Source of the DNA: Ignavibacteriota bacterium
GTDB taxonomy: Bacteria > Bacteroidota > Ignavibacteria > UBA10030
Assembly: GCA_963701295.1 (NCBI GenBank)
Contig: OY969585.1
Coordinates: forward strand, 896,001 to 960,000
DNA length: 64,000 nt
Direction of reading: 5' to 3'
Below are positions 33,896-43,572 of this stretch, one piece after another. Below the pieces are notes generated by a model. The model had not been told where the DNA came from and made no database searches. It saw only the letters and a list, made by a program, of their open reading frames with translations. Position 1 is the first letter of the stretch. Each line of letters opens with the position of its first letter. A program made the position numbers and the translations under genes.

Positions 33896-34585
33896 CTATT
33901 CTTCTAGGTTCAGCCGATAACCAATTCCGGATTCTGTAAGAAGAATTTTGGGATTGGCAGGATCGTCTTCAATCTTTTTACGCAATTGACCGACATACAC
34001 TCGCGTATACTGGGCTTCCTCTGAAAATGTCGGCCCCCATACTTGCTCGAGAATAAAATTATGCGTAAGAACTCTTCCAGAGTTACGCACGAAAAGTGCA
34101 AGCAGTGAATATTCTGTCGCGGTAAGCTTTACAACTTCGCTTTTCTTTTTTACAATGCGCGCAGACAAGTCTACAGAAAGATTGTGTGTTGTAAAAAGTT
34201 CTTTCTCTTGGTTTCTGGGACGATGCCGAAGAGCTGTGCGAACGCGTGCCAGCAATTCGCCTGTCCGAAATGGTTTTACTAAATAATCGTCCGCACCGGC
34301 ATCTAGACAACCAATGATATCACTTTCCGTATTACGGACCGATAAAATGATGATTGGTATGGTTGCCCATTCACGAATCCTTTTTAATACGGTGATTCCA
34401 TCCGTATCCGGCAGACCAAGATCGAGAATAACGAGATCCGGCCGCTCCGAACTGGCCATAATAATGCCGTTGCTGCCTGTTTCTGCAAACTTTAACTGAT
34501 ATCCATTCGGCTCTAAAGTAAGTTGAAGCAGCCGGCGAATCTGAATTTCGTCATCGATGGCAAGTATTTTCGGCGCCGTTGTCAT
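33896..34585 (-). CDS. kdpE: KdpE response regulator (OmpR family)
   Basis: Receiver DLGLPD, KPF, and winged-helix end TESGIGYR. Overlaps the kdpD stop. Confidence 0.92.
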   Translation of the reverse strand: MTTAPKILAIDDEIQIRRLLQLTLEPNGYQLKFAETGSNGIIMASSERPDLVILDLGLPDTDGITVLKRIREWATIPIIILSVRNTESDIIGCLDAGADDYLVKPFRTGELLARVRTALRHRPRNQEKELFTTHNLSVDLSARIVKKKSEVVKLTATEYSLLALFVRNSGRVLTHNFILEQVWGPTFSEEAQYTRVYVGQLRKKIEDDPANPKILLTESGIGYRLNLEE

Positions 34586-37254
34586 TGTTGTGCTTGTTCA
34601 ATTTCCATGGGAATTTCAATCTTGAATTCTGTCCCCCTCGGCATTCTATTTCGAACAGAAATGGTTCCACGGTGAGCTTCAATAAAACCCTTTGCTATCG
34701 GCAGACCTAATCCTGTTCCACCGGTAGATGTCCCTTCTGCACGGTAGAATTTCTCGAAGACTTTATTAATATCTGATTTTGGAATGCCCGGTCCGTTATC
34801 GGCAACGTTGATAATACAATGATCATTTTCGACAAGAGCCTGGATTTCGATTTGTGTGCCCGGGGGTGTGTGCACAGAGGCATTATACACAAGGTTTGTC
34901 AAAGCTTGTTCCATTAATCCGAAATCTAATTTAACCAGCGGCAGGTCTTCTTGAGTTGTTATTGTTACCTTATGTTGGCCAATTTCCCGTTCAAGTCCTT
35001 TGAGCGTTACATTAATAATGTCCCGTACGTCGCACCAGTCTAATTTTGGCTGTATCATTCCGGACTCCAGCCGTGTCATATCCAGCAAATTTGCGACAAG
35101 CCGGTTTAATCTTTCAGCAGCGATATGAATTTCATTATAAAGTTCAGTCATAGTTGTTGAGACTTGTGTCTGGTTCGCCGCTAGTAGGTTTTCTGAAGCG
35201 CCCATTATGGTAGCAAGGGGCGTTCTCAACTCGTGTGAAATGGAATTGAAAAGTGTTTTATAGAGTTTTTCCGATTCCGCAACGATTATAGATTTTTTAG
35301 TCACTTCATTTAATAATTCCCGTTCAACGGCGGAAGCAATTTGAGCGATAAAATTTTCCAGCAGTATTTCCTGATCAATACCCAGTTTTTCATTTTGACG
35401 GACTCGAACACCGATAACGCCGACAGGATAACGGGGTCCAGACATCGAATAATACGTAGCTTGTGCAAAGGGGAGTGTATCAGTAAATTTTCCAGCTTTT
35501 TTTTCATTCCAGTATGTCCATGCTGCAACACTGAATTCCTTTTCATCCGGTTTCCATGAACTCGCTGTATGTGCTTGATGACTCATATCACCATCTGCAT
35601 CGCCAAGAAAAACGGCAACGTCTGCATCAAAAAACTTCTTAATATTTGCGATTGTTGCCTGAATGACTTCATCCTGGGAATGTGCGGAGGAAAGATCCTT
35701 CGTCAATGCAAACAAAGCGGAAGATCGCATTTCGCGCTGGCGGACGGCTCGTTCTCTTTCACGAACACGGGCGGATAAAGTTCCGGACACAGTTGCTACA
35801 ATAAAAAATACTAAAAGCATTAACACATCTTCAATGTGTCCGATGGAAAATGTATATATGGGCGTAATAAATAAAAAATCCCACGCTAATGCACCACAAG
35901 CTGCTCCCAATAAAACCGGGCCGCGCCCCATTCTTAAAGGCAGTAATGATACTGCGAAAAGAATAATGTACGAAATCGTCTTATATTCAATAAGTCGAGC
36001 GAGAGGAATGCATGCAACCGAGACACCAAGAATTATCATCGCTGCTAAAATGTATTGTAAAAAACCGGATTGGATCTTGGGAATATGATAAAAAAATGAC
36101 CGTCGTTGATTCTCCTCTTCTTCATGACCAACAATATAAATGTCGATATCCTCACTCTTTTGTAAAAGACCATTGATGAGCCGTGTCGATCCAAAGAGTA
36201 CCCGCCGTTTCGACTTCCCGATCAGAATTTGCGTCGCATTCTGCTCGCGTGCAACCCGGAGCAGCGCACCGGCTATATCTTCATCGGAAGTCGTAATGAT
36301 TTCTGCGCCAAGTTCTCTTGCGAGTTTGAAGTTCTTCGACAGTTGCCCTGTTTCCGTCACCGTTGTTTTTTTCGATGTTTCTACATAAACCGCAACCCAC
36401 GATGCATCCATCGTGTACGAAACTCTGCGCGCCCAGCGGATGAGCGAGATGGATTGTGGACTCGCGCTGATGCCGACGACTAGACGTGTTCCAGATTTCC
36501 ACGTTTCTGAAATCCGCTTCGTCTGTTTATATTCCCGTAATTGTTGATCAACACGCTCGGCAGTCAGGCGGAGAGACATTTCCCGAAGCGCGGTAAGATT
36601 TCCCTTTCGGAAAAAACTTTCGACAGCACGCTTTGAGCGTTCAGGTGTGTATACCTTTCCTTCTATAAGCCTCTTCAGAAGTTCGTCTGGAGAAATATCT
36701 ATAACTTCAACTTCATCCGCAGTTTCAAATATTGAATCCGGTACGGTTTCACGAACAATGCTGCCTGTAATTTGAGCGACCGTTTCTGCGCGACTTTCCA
36801 GATGCTGCACATTCAGCGAGGTAAAGACATCAATGCCATTATCGAGCAACTCAAGTACATCTTGATATCGTTTCGTATGTCTGCTTCCAGGTACATTCGT
36901 ATGGGCGAGTTCATCGACAAGGACAAGCTGGGGTTTTCGAGAAATGATCGCATCGAGGTCCATCTCTTCGAGCATTGTTCCTTTGTATTCAATGGTTTTT
37001 CTTGGGATGACAGGCAAGCCAGTAAGGAGAGCTTCAGTTTCTGATCGTTTATGCGTTTCCACATATCCAACGACGACATCAAGCCCATTTGTATTTGCCA
37101 CTTGCGCATCTTTGAGCATGTCGTATGTTTTTCCGACTCCGGCGCACATGCCGAAAAAGATTTTCAACTTCCCCTTTCGCTCCTTTTCTTCTTCTTTCTT
37201 GAGAAGATGAAGAAGCGTATCAGGATCGGGACGATTTTGATCTTCTAAGGACAT
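34582..37254 (-). CDS. kdpD: KdpD sensor histidine kinase
   Basis: RPDPD, GKLKIFFGMCAGVGKTY, DELAHTN, USP domain, four TM helices, GAF, SHELRTPL and GTGLGL. Start set at ATG 37254. Confidence 0.96.
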   Translation of the reverse strand: MSLEDQNRPDPDTLLHLLKKEEEKERKGKLKIFFGMCAGVGKTYDMLKDAQVANTNGLDVVVGYVETHKRSETEALLTGLPVIPRKTIEYKGTMLEEMDLDAIISRKPQLVLVDELAHTNVPGSRHTKRYQDVLELLDNGIDVFTSLNVQHLESRAETVAQITGSIVRETVPDSIFETADEVEVIDISPDELLKRLIEGKVYTPERSKRAVESFFRKGNLTALREMSLRLTAERVDQQLREYKQTKRISETWKSGTRLVVGISASPQSISLIRWARRVSYTMDASWVAVYVETSKKTTVTETGQLSKNFKLARELGAEIITTSDEDIAGALLRVAREQNATQILIGKSKRRVLFGSTRLINGLLQKSEDIDIYIVGHEEEENQRRSFFYHIPKIQSGFLQYILAAMIILGVSVACIPLARLIEYKTISYIILFAVSLLPLRMGRGPVLLGAACGALAWDFLFITPIYTFSIGHIEDVLMLLVFFIVATVSGTLSARVRERERAVRQREMRSSALFALTKDLSSAHSQDEVIQATIANIKKFFDADVAVFLGDADGDMSHQAHTASSWKPDEKEFSVAAWTYWNEKKAGKFTDTLPFAQATYYSMSGPRYPVGVIGVRVRQNEKLGIDQEILLENFIAQIASAVERELLNEVTKKSIIVAESEKLYKTLFNSISHELRTPLATIMGASENLLAANQTQVSTTMTELYNEIHIAAERLNRLVANLLDMTRLESGMIQPKLDWCDVRDIINVTLKGLEREIGQHKVTITTQEDLPLVKLDFGLMEQALTNLVYNASVHTPPGTQIEIQALVENDHCIINVADNGPGIPKSDINKVFEKFYRAEGTSTGGTGLGLPIAKGFIEAHRGTISVRNRMPRGTEFKIEIPMEIEQAQQ

Positions 37255-37516
37255 AGTGAAATATACGAAAGACATATGAAAAAAGCGCTTCGAAACAACA
37301 ATGCTCTAGTGCGACTTTTCTTTTATTATTTCAAGAAAAACTCGGTTGTTGAATCTCTACAAGGGCATTACCGGAGGGGAAGAATGAACAGAATGAAAAA
37401 TGTTCTTTGCCAGAATCTTGAATTATTGTTGCGATTGTGCTTTCACGTTTTTCCTGATTTTAGAGAAATATTAAATTCCCGGACTCATAAAAAATTCAGT
37501 AAAAAAATACATTTAG

Positions 37517-38248
37517 CTAAATATTAATATCCAATTGCATCGTAAAGGTGCTCGGGATATCAGCATTGAAAACGTCCCGTGCAAAGATAACGCTCACGTT
37601 TTTTGAGAACGACCATGCAAAGCCGTAGCTCAATGCACCAAAGCTGCTTTTGCTGCCTTGGTAATCGACTGCAAGCCAGAGATTCTCGCTAATTTCGGGG
37701 ATCATTCTGTCCCATGAAAGCAAGACCCCGGAGTTATCAGCTTTACCGGTTGAAAGATCGACCAACAGTTTCTTGTTCCCAGAAAAGTACCCTACTTCAA
37801 GTCGTCCTATGACCGGAAATGTTCTCCCGATTATTCCATAGGCAATATTAAAGTCCGTTACATTTTTTAGAAACCCGAAATCAAATCCTCCGACGGCGAT
37901 CGCGGGGGACCAGTCGACGAGTACTCCCTCCGGAACACCAACCTTCGCATTCACAAGGAATGGCGATAATTGCGGTGTAAAATAATCGACGCCGATTTCC
38001 GCTTGCACAATGGAATCGGGCAACACTCCGACTGTTAAATTGAGATCCGTCGGGAATGCTGTACCGCTGAATGATTTTCCACTTCTAAAATCGTATGCAT
38101 AATTATCGATGCCAAGATGAAACGATTTATATCCTTGGAAATCAATCGACGGTATCCAAATGATAGTGGACGGGGTTGCAACAGCAGAAAGAGTACTGCA
38201 AACTAACAAAAGGACCAGTGCGACATTTTTTGAAATTCTTGCTTTCAT
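37517..38248 (-). CDS. Secreted, probable outer-membrane beta-barrel protein within the kdp operon
   Basis: Signal peptide MKARISKNVALVLLLVCSTLSAVA, amphipathic beta strands, C-terminus FTMQLDINI. Confidence 0.65.
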   Translation of the reverse strand: MKARISKNVALVLLLVCSTLSAVATPSTIIWIPSIDFQGYKSFHLGIDNYAYDFRSGKSFSGTAFPTDLNLTVGVLPDSIVQAEIGVDYFTPQLSPFLVNAKVGVPEGVLVDWSPAIAVGGFDFGFLKNVTDFNIAYGIIGRTFPVIGRLEVGYFSGNKKLLVDLSTGKADNSGVLLSWDRMIPEISENLWLAVDYQGSKSSFGALSYGFAWSFSKNVSVIFARDVFNADIPSTFTMQLDINI

Positions 38249-38292
38249 TTCTAAACTCTTTATATACATTTCATTAAGGTGAATCATCAACT

Positions 38293-40395
38293 TCATATTA
38301 CTTTCATTGCGACCATCAGCATATCGATTAGCTTGATGCCAATAAATGGAGCAATGACACCGCCGACTCCATAAATAAGCAAATGTCTTCGCAACAATTG
38401 CACGGCGCTTATTGGCCGATACTTTACTCCTTTGAGTGCTAATGGTATTAATGCGACAATAATTAGTGCATTGAAGATTACTGCAGAGAGGATAGCACTT
38501 TCCGGAGTAGCAAGCTTCATAATATTCAACATATTCAGCACAGGATATGTTGTTGCAAATGCGGCGGGAATGATGGCGAAGTACTTCGCGACGTCATTGG
38601 CAATGCTGAACGTCGTCAGTGTCCCGCGCGTCATCAGAAGCTGTTTCCCGATTTCGACGATCTCCATCAGCTTTGTCGGATTGCTGTCGAGGTCGATCAT
38701 ATTTGCTGCCTCTCGGGCAGATTGCGTACCGGTATTCATTGCTACAGCAACATCTGCCTGGGCAAGAGCTGGAGCATCATTCGTGCCGTCACCGGTCATA
38801 GCAACAAGGCGTCCGCCTTTTTGATAATCGCGGATCAATTTCAACTTGTCTTCTGGTTTTGCCTCAGCGAGAAAATCGTCAACACCAGCTTCAGCAGCAA
38901 TAGCAGTAGCTGTCAAGGTGTTATCACCCGTAATCATCACAGTTTTTATTCCCATCTTCCGCAGGTGTGCGAACCGCTCCTTAATTCCGCCTTTGACAAT
39001 ATCTTTCAAATGGATGACGCCGAGAACTTCTTTGTTTTCTGCGACGACGAGAGGAGTGGCACCGACCCGGCTGATTTCTTGTACCGCTTGCTGTACGGCC
39101 GCAGGAAACATGCCGCCCTGTTGTTCAATGTATGCTTTCATTGCGTCCGATGCGCCTTTGCGGATGATTCTTTTTCCATTTTTCCCTTCGGGTTGAATGT
39201 CGGCTCCGCTCATACGCGTCTGTGCACTGAAGGGAACAAAATGTGCTGCAATCTCATGAATATCACGACCGCGCAACCCGTACTTCTCTTTGGCAAGAAT
39301 GACGATGGATCTTCCTTCCGGAGTTTCATCAGCAAGTGAAGCGAGCTGCGCTGCATCCGCCAATCGTTCTTTTGAGATTCCCGGTGCGGGAGTAAATTCT
39401 GTCGCCATACGGTTTCCCAGTGTGATCGTACCGGTTTTATCAAGGAGGAGTACATCGACATCACCTGCCGCTTCGATGGCACGACCAGATGTTGCTATTA
39501 CGTTATGCCGGATCATTCGGTCCATGCCGGCAATACCGATTGCAGAAAGAAGTCCCCCGATCGTCGTGGGAATCAAACAGACAAGAAGGGCAACGAGCAC
39601 CGTTACGGTGACGGGTGCCCCGTGTCCGGCGACCTCAACGCTAAACAATGAGAACGGAAGAAGTGTCATGCACACGATAAGAAAAATAATGGTGAATGCT
39701 GCAAGTAATATATTGAGTGCAATTTCGTTCGGAGTTTTTTGCCGCTTGGCACCTTCAATCAAATGAATCATCCTATCCAGAAATCCACCGCCGGGCTCTG
39801 CCGTCACTTGAATGACCAGCCAATCGGAGAGCACGCGCGTGCCGCCGGTAACAGCGCTTCGATCACCGCCGGATTCACGAATCACGGGAGCACTTTCGCC
39901 TGTAATAGCACTTTCATCTACAGAAGCGATGCCTTCAATAACCTCACCATCTGCGGAAATTATATCACCTGCTTCGGCTAGGAAAACGTCCCTTTTTTGC
40001 AATTCACTGGACGTGACGATATTAAACTGTGAACTCTTTTTAGGTTCACGCAATCGTTTTGCCGTTGTATCCCGGCGCGAGCGGCGTAGCGCTTCTGCCT
40101 GCGCTTTTCCGCGCCCTTCAGCCAATGCTTCAGAAAAATTTGCAAAGAGAACCGTGAACCACAACCAGAGTGATACGAAACCGATATACCACGCAGGCGC
40201 TTCTCCGGTGCCGAGCAATGCTTGAATCCATAACGCGAAAGTGAGTACGCTTCCCACTTCCACGACAAACATAACCGGATTTCGTGCCATCAACCATGGA
40301 TTCAATTTCACAAATGAATCAAATAAAGCACGGCGAAACATTTCGCCGTTAAGTCCTAAAGGTTTCTTTAGTTGCTGCGCAGATGTCGTTACCAT
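38293..40395 (-). CDS. kdpB: K+-transporting ATPase subunit B
   Basis: Motifs [26 protein letters not shown] and [11 protein letters not shown]. Confidence 0.98.
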   Translation of the reverse strand: MVTTSAQQLKKPLGLNGEMFRRALFDSFVKLNPWLMARNPVMFVVEVGSVLTFALWIQALLGTGEAPAWYIGFVSLWLWFTVLFANFSEALAEGRGKAQAEALRRSRRDTTAKRLREPKKSSQFNIVTSSELQKRDVFLAEAGDIISADGEVIEGIASVDESAITGESAPVIRESGGDRSAVTGGTRVLSDWLVIQVTAEPGGGFLDRMIHLIEGAKRQKTPNEIALNILLAAFTIIFLIVCMTLLPFSLFSVEVAGHGAPVTVTVLVALLVCLIPTTIGGLLSAIGIAGMDRMIRHNVIATSGRAIEAAGDVDVLLLDKTGTITLGNRMATEFTPAPGISKERLADAAQLASLADETPEGRSIVILAKEKYGLRGRDIHEIAAHFVPFSAQTRMSGADIQPEGKNGKRIIRKGASDAMKAYIEQQGGMFPAAVQQAVQEISRVGATPLVVAENKEVLGVIHLKDIVKGGIKERFAHLRKMGIKTVMITGDNTLTATAIAAEAGVDDFLAEAKPEDKLKLIRDYQKGGRLVAMTGDGTNDAPALAQADVAVAMNTGTQSAREAANMIDLDSNPTKLMEIVEIGKQLLMTRGTLTTFSIANDVAKYFAIIPAAFATTYPVLNMLNIMKLATPESAILSAVIFNALIIVALIPLALKGVKYRPISAVQLLRRHLLIYGVGGVIAPFIGIKLIDMLMVAMKVI

Positions 40396-40426
40396 TTTAC
40401 TATCTTCCTTTTTTCTCGTGAGTACG

Positions 40427-42169
40427 TTATTGCATCATCATGAAATGTTCGACAATCGGTCCCAATGCGAGCGCAGGCAAAAAGTTCAGTGCACCCACAA
40501 TAAGAACGACCGCAATAAGCCAGAAAATAAACAGCGGCGTATGCGTCGGCAATGTTCCTTCACTTACCGGAACCAATTTCTTTTTAACAAGAGAGCCCGC
40601 AAGCGCTAGTGTCGGAACAGCAAGCCAATACCGCCCGATTAACATTGCCAATCCGCCGGCAAGATTGTAAAACGACGTGTTGACATTTACACCGGCAAAA
40701 GCGCTTCCATTATTGTTCGCTTGCGATGTGAAGACGTACAATATCTCGCTAAATCCATGCGGACCAGGATTCATGATTCCTGCTTTCCCAGCAGCCGTGA
40801 TCACGGCAATTGCTGTAAGAACGAGAACCGTGATTGGCATAATGAGAATCAGGAGAGATGCCATTTTCATTTCGTACGCTTCTATTTTATGGCCTAAATA
40901 TTCCGGCGTTCGTCCAACGAGCAATCCCGCCACAAATACAGCTACAACCACAAAGATTAGCATTCCGTAAAGGCCCGATCCAACCCCGCCGAAAACAACT
41001 TCCCCAAGATGAAGCATGATAAGCGTTATCATTCCACCGAGTGGAGTGTAAGAATCGTGCATGGAATTCACAGAACCGTTCGAGGCGGCTGTTGTGGCAG
41101 TCGCCCAAACAGCAGAATTGGGGATGCCAAAGCGGACTTCCTTTCCTTCCATATTACCGCCGGGATTGATGGAAGTCGATTGTTGATCCACACCGAGTGC
41201 AGTTAGTTTAGGATTGCCTGAACCTTCAAGACTATACATCCAAAATACTGCTGCGACGAGTATCAGCATCATAGCAGCAAAGATCGCCCACCCCTGGCGC
41301 GTGTCTTTCACCATTTTCCCAAATGTGTGACACAGTGCTGCAGGAATAAGCAAAATTGCAAGCATTTCTAAAAAATTAGCAAGAGGCGTTGAATTCTCAT
41401 ACGGATGCGCTGAATTAACGTTGAAGAAACCTCCGCCGTTGGTTCCTAACTGCTTGATGGCAATCTGCGATGCCGCAGGTCCCATAGCTAGAACTTGATC
41501 CGTCACTTTCACACCGCCGGTGTCGGCTGTCGCTTGGAGAAAAGGTACGGAAACGTATGCAGAATTATTCTGTATGACTCCTTGAGAAACAAGCACAAGC
41601 GATAAGACAATAGCAAGAGGAAGGAGTATATACAGTGTACTGCGTGTCATATCGACCCAGAAATTTCCAAGTGTTTTTGCTGAATGACGGGCGATTCCGC
41701 GGATAAAAAGCGTGAGTACAGCCATCCCAGATGCTGCGGAGACGAAATTCTGTACTGTCAGGGCGAGCATCTGTGTCAAGTAGCTCATCGTTGTTTCTCC
41801 GCCGTAGCCCTGCCAATTGGTGTTTGTGGCAAAACTGACAGCAGTATTGAACGATGAATCCGGTGAGACAGCCCCGAAACCCTGAGGATTCAACAGCAGA
41901 AATTGTTGAACTCGTTGTATAAGATAGACGGCTAACAGCCCTATAAAATTGAAGATGATCAGTGCAATTACATTTGCTTTCCAATCCATCTCTTCGTCAG
42001 GACTGATTTTTATCAGACGATAGATGAGACGTTCGAGCGGGCCAAGAACAGGATCGAGAAATGTTTTTTCCCGTTGGTACACACGAGCCATAAACGCGCC
42101 GAGCGGCTTTGCAAGCAATGTCAGCGCTGCGAGGTAAAACGCGATTTGTAAAATCCCATTGAGTGTCAT
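40427..42169 (-). CDS. kdpA: K+-transporting ATPase subunit A
   Basis: Motifs [28 protein letters not shown] and NNGSAFAG. True ATG at 42169 overlaps the kdpF stop. Confidence 0.97.
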   Translation of the reverse strand: MTLNGILQIAFYLAALTLLAKPLGAFMARVYQREKTFLDPVLGPLERLIYRLIKISPDEEMDWKANVIALIIFNFIGLLAVYLIQRVQQFLLLNPQGFGAVSPDSSFNTAVSFATNTNWQGYGGETTMSYLTQMLALTVQNFVSAASGMAVLTLFIRGIARHSAKTLGNFWVDMTRSTLYILLPLAIVLSLVLVSQGVIQNNSAYVSVPFLQATADTGGVKVTDQVLAMGPAASQIAIKQLGTNGGGFFNVNSAHPYENSTPLANFLEMLAILLIPAALCHTFGKMVKDTRQGWAIFAAMMLILVAAVFWMYSLEGSGNPKLTALGVDQQSTSINPGGNMEGKEVRFGIPNSAVWATATTAASNGSVNSMHDSYTPLGGMITLIMLHLGEVVFGGVGSGLYGMLIFVVVAVFVAGLLVGRTPEYLGHKIEAYEMKMASLLILIMPITVLVLTAIAVITAAGKAGIMNPGPHGFSEILYVFTSQANNNGSAFAGVNVNTSFYNLAGGLAMLIGRYWLAVPTLALAGSLVKKKLVPVSEGTLPTHTPLFIFWLIAVVLIVGALNFLPALALGPIVEHFMMMQ

Positions 42170-42258
42170 TCGAATATCTCCGGTTTCAATAGTGCGACAA
42201 GTAAATACGCCAAGAGACCAATTGCTATAATTCCCGAAATGATATAGAGTAAGCTCAT
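42166..42258 (-). CDS. kdpF: KdpF, 30-aa membrane subunit (absent from the ORF track)
   Basis: [43 protein letters not shown] overlap with kdpA. Confidence 0.92.
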   Translation of the reverse strand: MSLLYIISGIIAIGLLAYLLVALLKPEIFE

Positions 42259-42386
42259 ACGGTGCCTCCTGATTTTTCTTCAACATTTTTATCAGCCCCG
42301 GGCTGAAGGACTTCACACATCTTCAGAAGTCCTAACGTGAGAACAAAAAATACAACGGCGACCCCGATATAGATAATGTCTTCCAT
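42255..42386 (-). CDS. 43-aa single-TM micropeptide upstream of kdpF (absent from the ORF track)
   Basis: MEDIIYIGVAVVFFVLTLGLLKMCEVLQPGADKNVEEKSGGTV. GGAGG RBS lies at the end of kdpC, and the stop overlaps the kdpF ATG. Confidence 0.8.
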   Translation of the reverse strand: MEDIIYIGVAVVFFVLTLGLLKMCEVLQPGADKNVEEKSGGTV

Positions 42387-42388
42387 GA

Positions 42389-42985
42389 TTATTTTCCTCC
42401 AGATAAGGATTGAGTTTCATCGAGTGCAAGATTCAATTTGAGAACATTCACACGAGGTTCTCCAAGAAATCCCAATTGCCTTCCTTCGGTGTATTGAGTC
42501 ACCAGAGACCGAAGATTATCCTGGTTCAGATTTCGGATTCGGGCTACACGAGGAAGCTGATAGAGAGCGGCTGCAACACTGATATGAGGATCAAGTCCGC
42601 TTCCTGAAGCCGTCACAAGATCCACCGGAACAGGCTGCGTATTCGACGAGTCGATAGCTTTCAAGTCTTGGATTCTTTTCTTCACTCCATCGAGATATGA
42701 CTGATTGATCGGCCCATAATTCGATCCGGATGACGCTGCGGCGTTATAAGCAAACGGACCTGTAGCCGATAACCGGCTCCAGAAGTATTTCGGATCGCTG
42801 AACGGTTGCCCGATGAGCTCGGAACCGAAAGTTTTTCCATCCTTTACTATCAGGCTTCCGTTTGCCTTCTTAGGGAAAATCAGCTGTGCAAGACCGGTTA
42901 CCACCAGCGGGTATAATATTCCCGTGAGGGCGGTGAACACGATGATAGCGATGATTGAGGTACGAAGATGTTTAAGCAACATCAT
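42389..42985 (-). CDS. kdpC: K+-transporting ATPase subunit C
   Basis: Motifs [33 protein letters not shown] and [11 protein letters not shown]. Start set at ATG 42985 after GGAGG. Confidence 0.96.
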   Translation of the reverse strand: MMLLKHLRTSIIAIIVFTALTGILYPLVVTGLAQLIFPKKANGSLIVKDGKTFGSELIGQPFSDPKYFWSRLSATGPFAYNAAASSGSNYGPINQSYLDGVKKRIQDLKAIDSSNTQPVPVDLVTASGSGLDPHISVAAALYQLPRVARIRNLNQDNLRSLVTQYTEGRQLGFLGEPRVNVLKLNLALDETQSLSGGK

Positions 42986-43096
42986 TGTGAATTCCTCCAA
43001 TTGAATTTTTGAGTTTTTGAAACCGCCTCTTTCAACAGAAGCGGTGTGATGATAAGTTCCTGTATCATTGTATTCCTTTTTCATTGTTGCGGTTCT

Positions 43097-43176
43097 AATA
43101 TGGCAAGAGATGGGATACAAAAGCAATCAACAGGGTCTAAAAAGAGAGGTAAGAAGTATAAAAATATTATTAAAAA
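43097..43176 (-). promoter_or_regulatory. Putative kdp promoter with an upstream KdpE-box-like T-rich tract
   Basis: Minus strand TTGCTT-N18-CATATT (TGn extended -10), preceded by TTTTTAATAATATTTTTATACTTCTTAC, which resembles the E. coli KdpE site TTTATACTTTTTTTACA. Confidence 0.45.
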
Positions 43177-43572
43177 CGGTAAATTTTGCTTGATGATTTG
43201 TATTGAGATTGTATGCAAGAAGAGCAAGAGGCGAGCATAGGATTTCTTAGAGCAAGGAGATTGAAGACGGATAAACCCGGACTTGGATAAAAATGTTCGT
43301 TCCAAATTGCTAAATCCCCGAAGGAAAGCAATGAAGAGGAAATAAAATGCGGCATAAGGGACATAAGAAAGACATGAAGACCTGTCATTGAAACCATATA
43401 AAAAGAAGGCTAATATGTATAAAGATTTAATAAAAATATTTTCAAAATCCCCGTTTATTTGCAAAAATCGCAATTTCATTTTACTGGTTTTATAAAAAAA
43501 TCTATTACTTCAAATGATTCCTCAGTACCTTATAGTAAATTTAACTGTCATTTCGAACAACTTGGAAGGAAC

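Noticed and set aside
43300-43420. c-di-AMP (ydaO) riboswitch upstream of the KimA-like gene
   Set aside because: Only GCTAAATCC..GAAGGA resembles the 5' part. The GGGGGACC and CCGTCAGCTAAC core elements are absent.
42170-43572. Long N-terminal extensions of kdpA, kdpC and the permease, and ORF 43081-43479, from the ORF track
   Set aside because: The extensions overlap kdpF, the micropeptide or promoter DNA, and better RBS-linked ATGs exist. The intergenic ORF has no recognisable motif.
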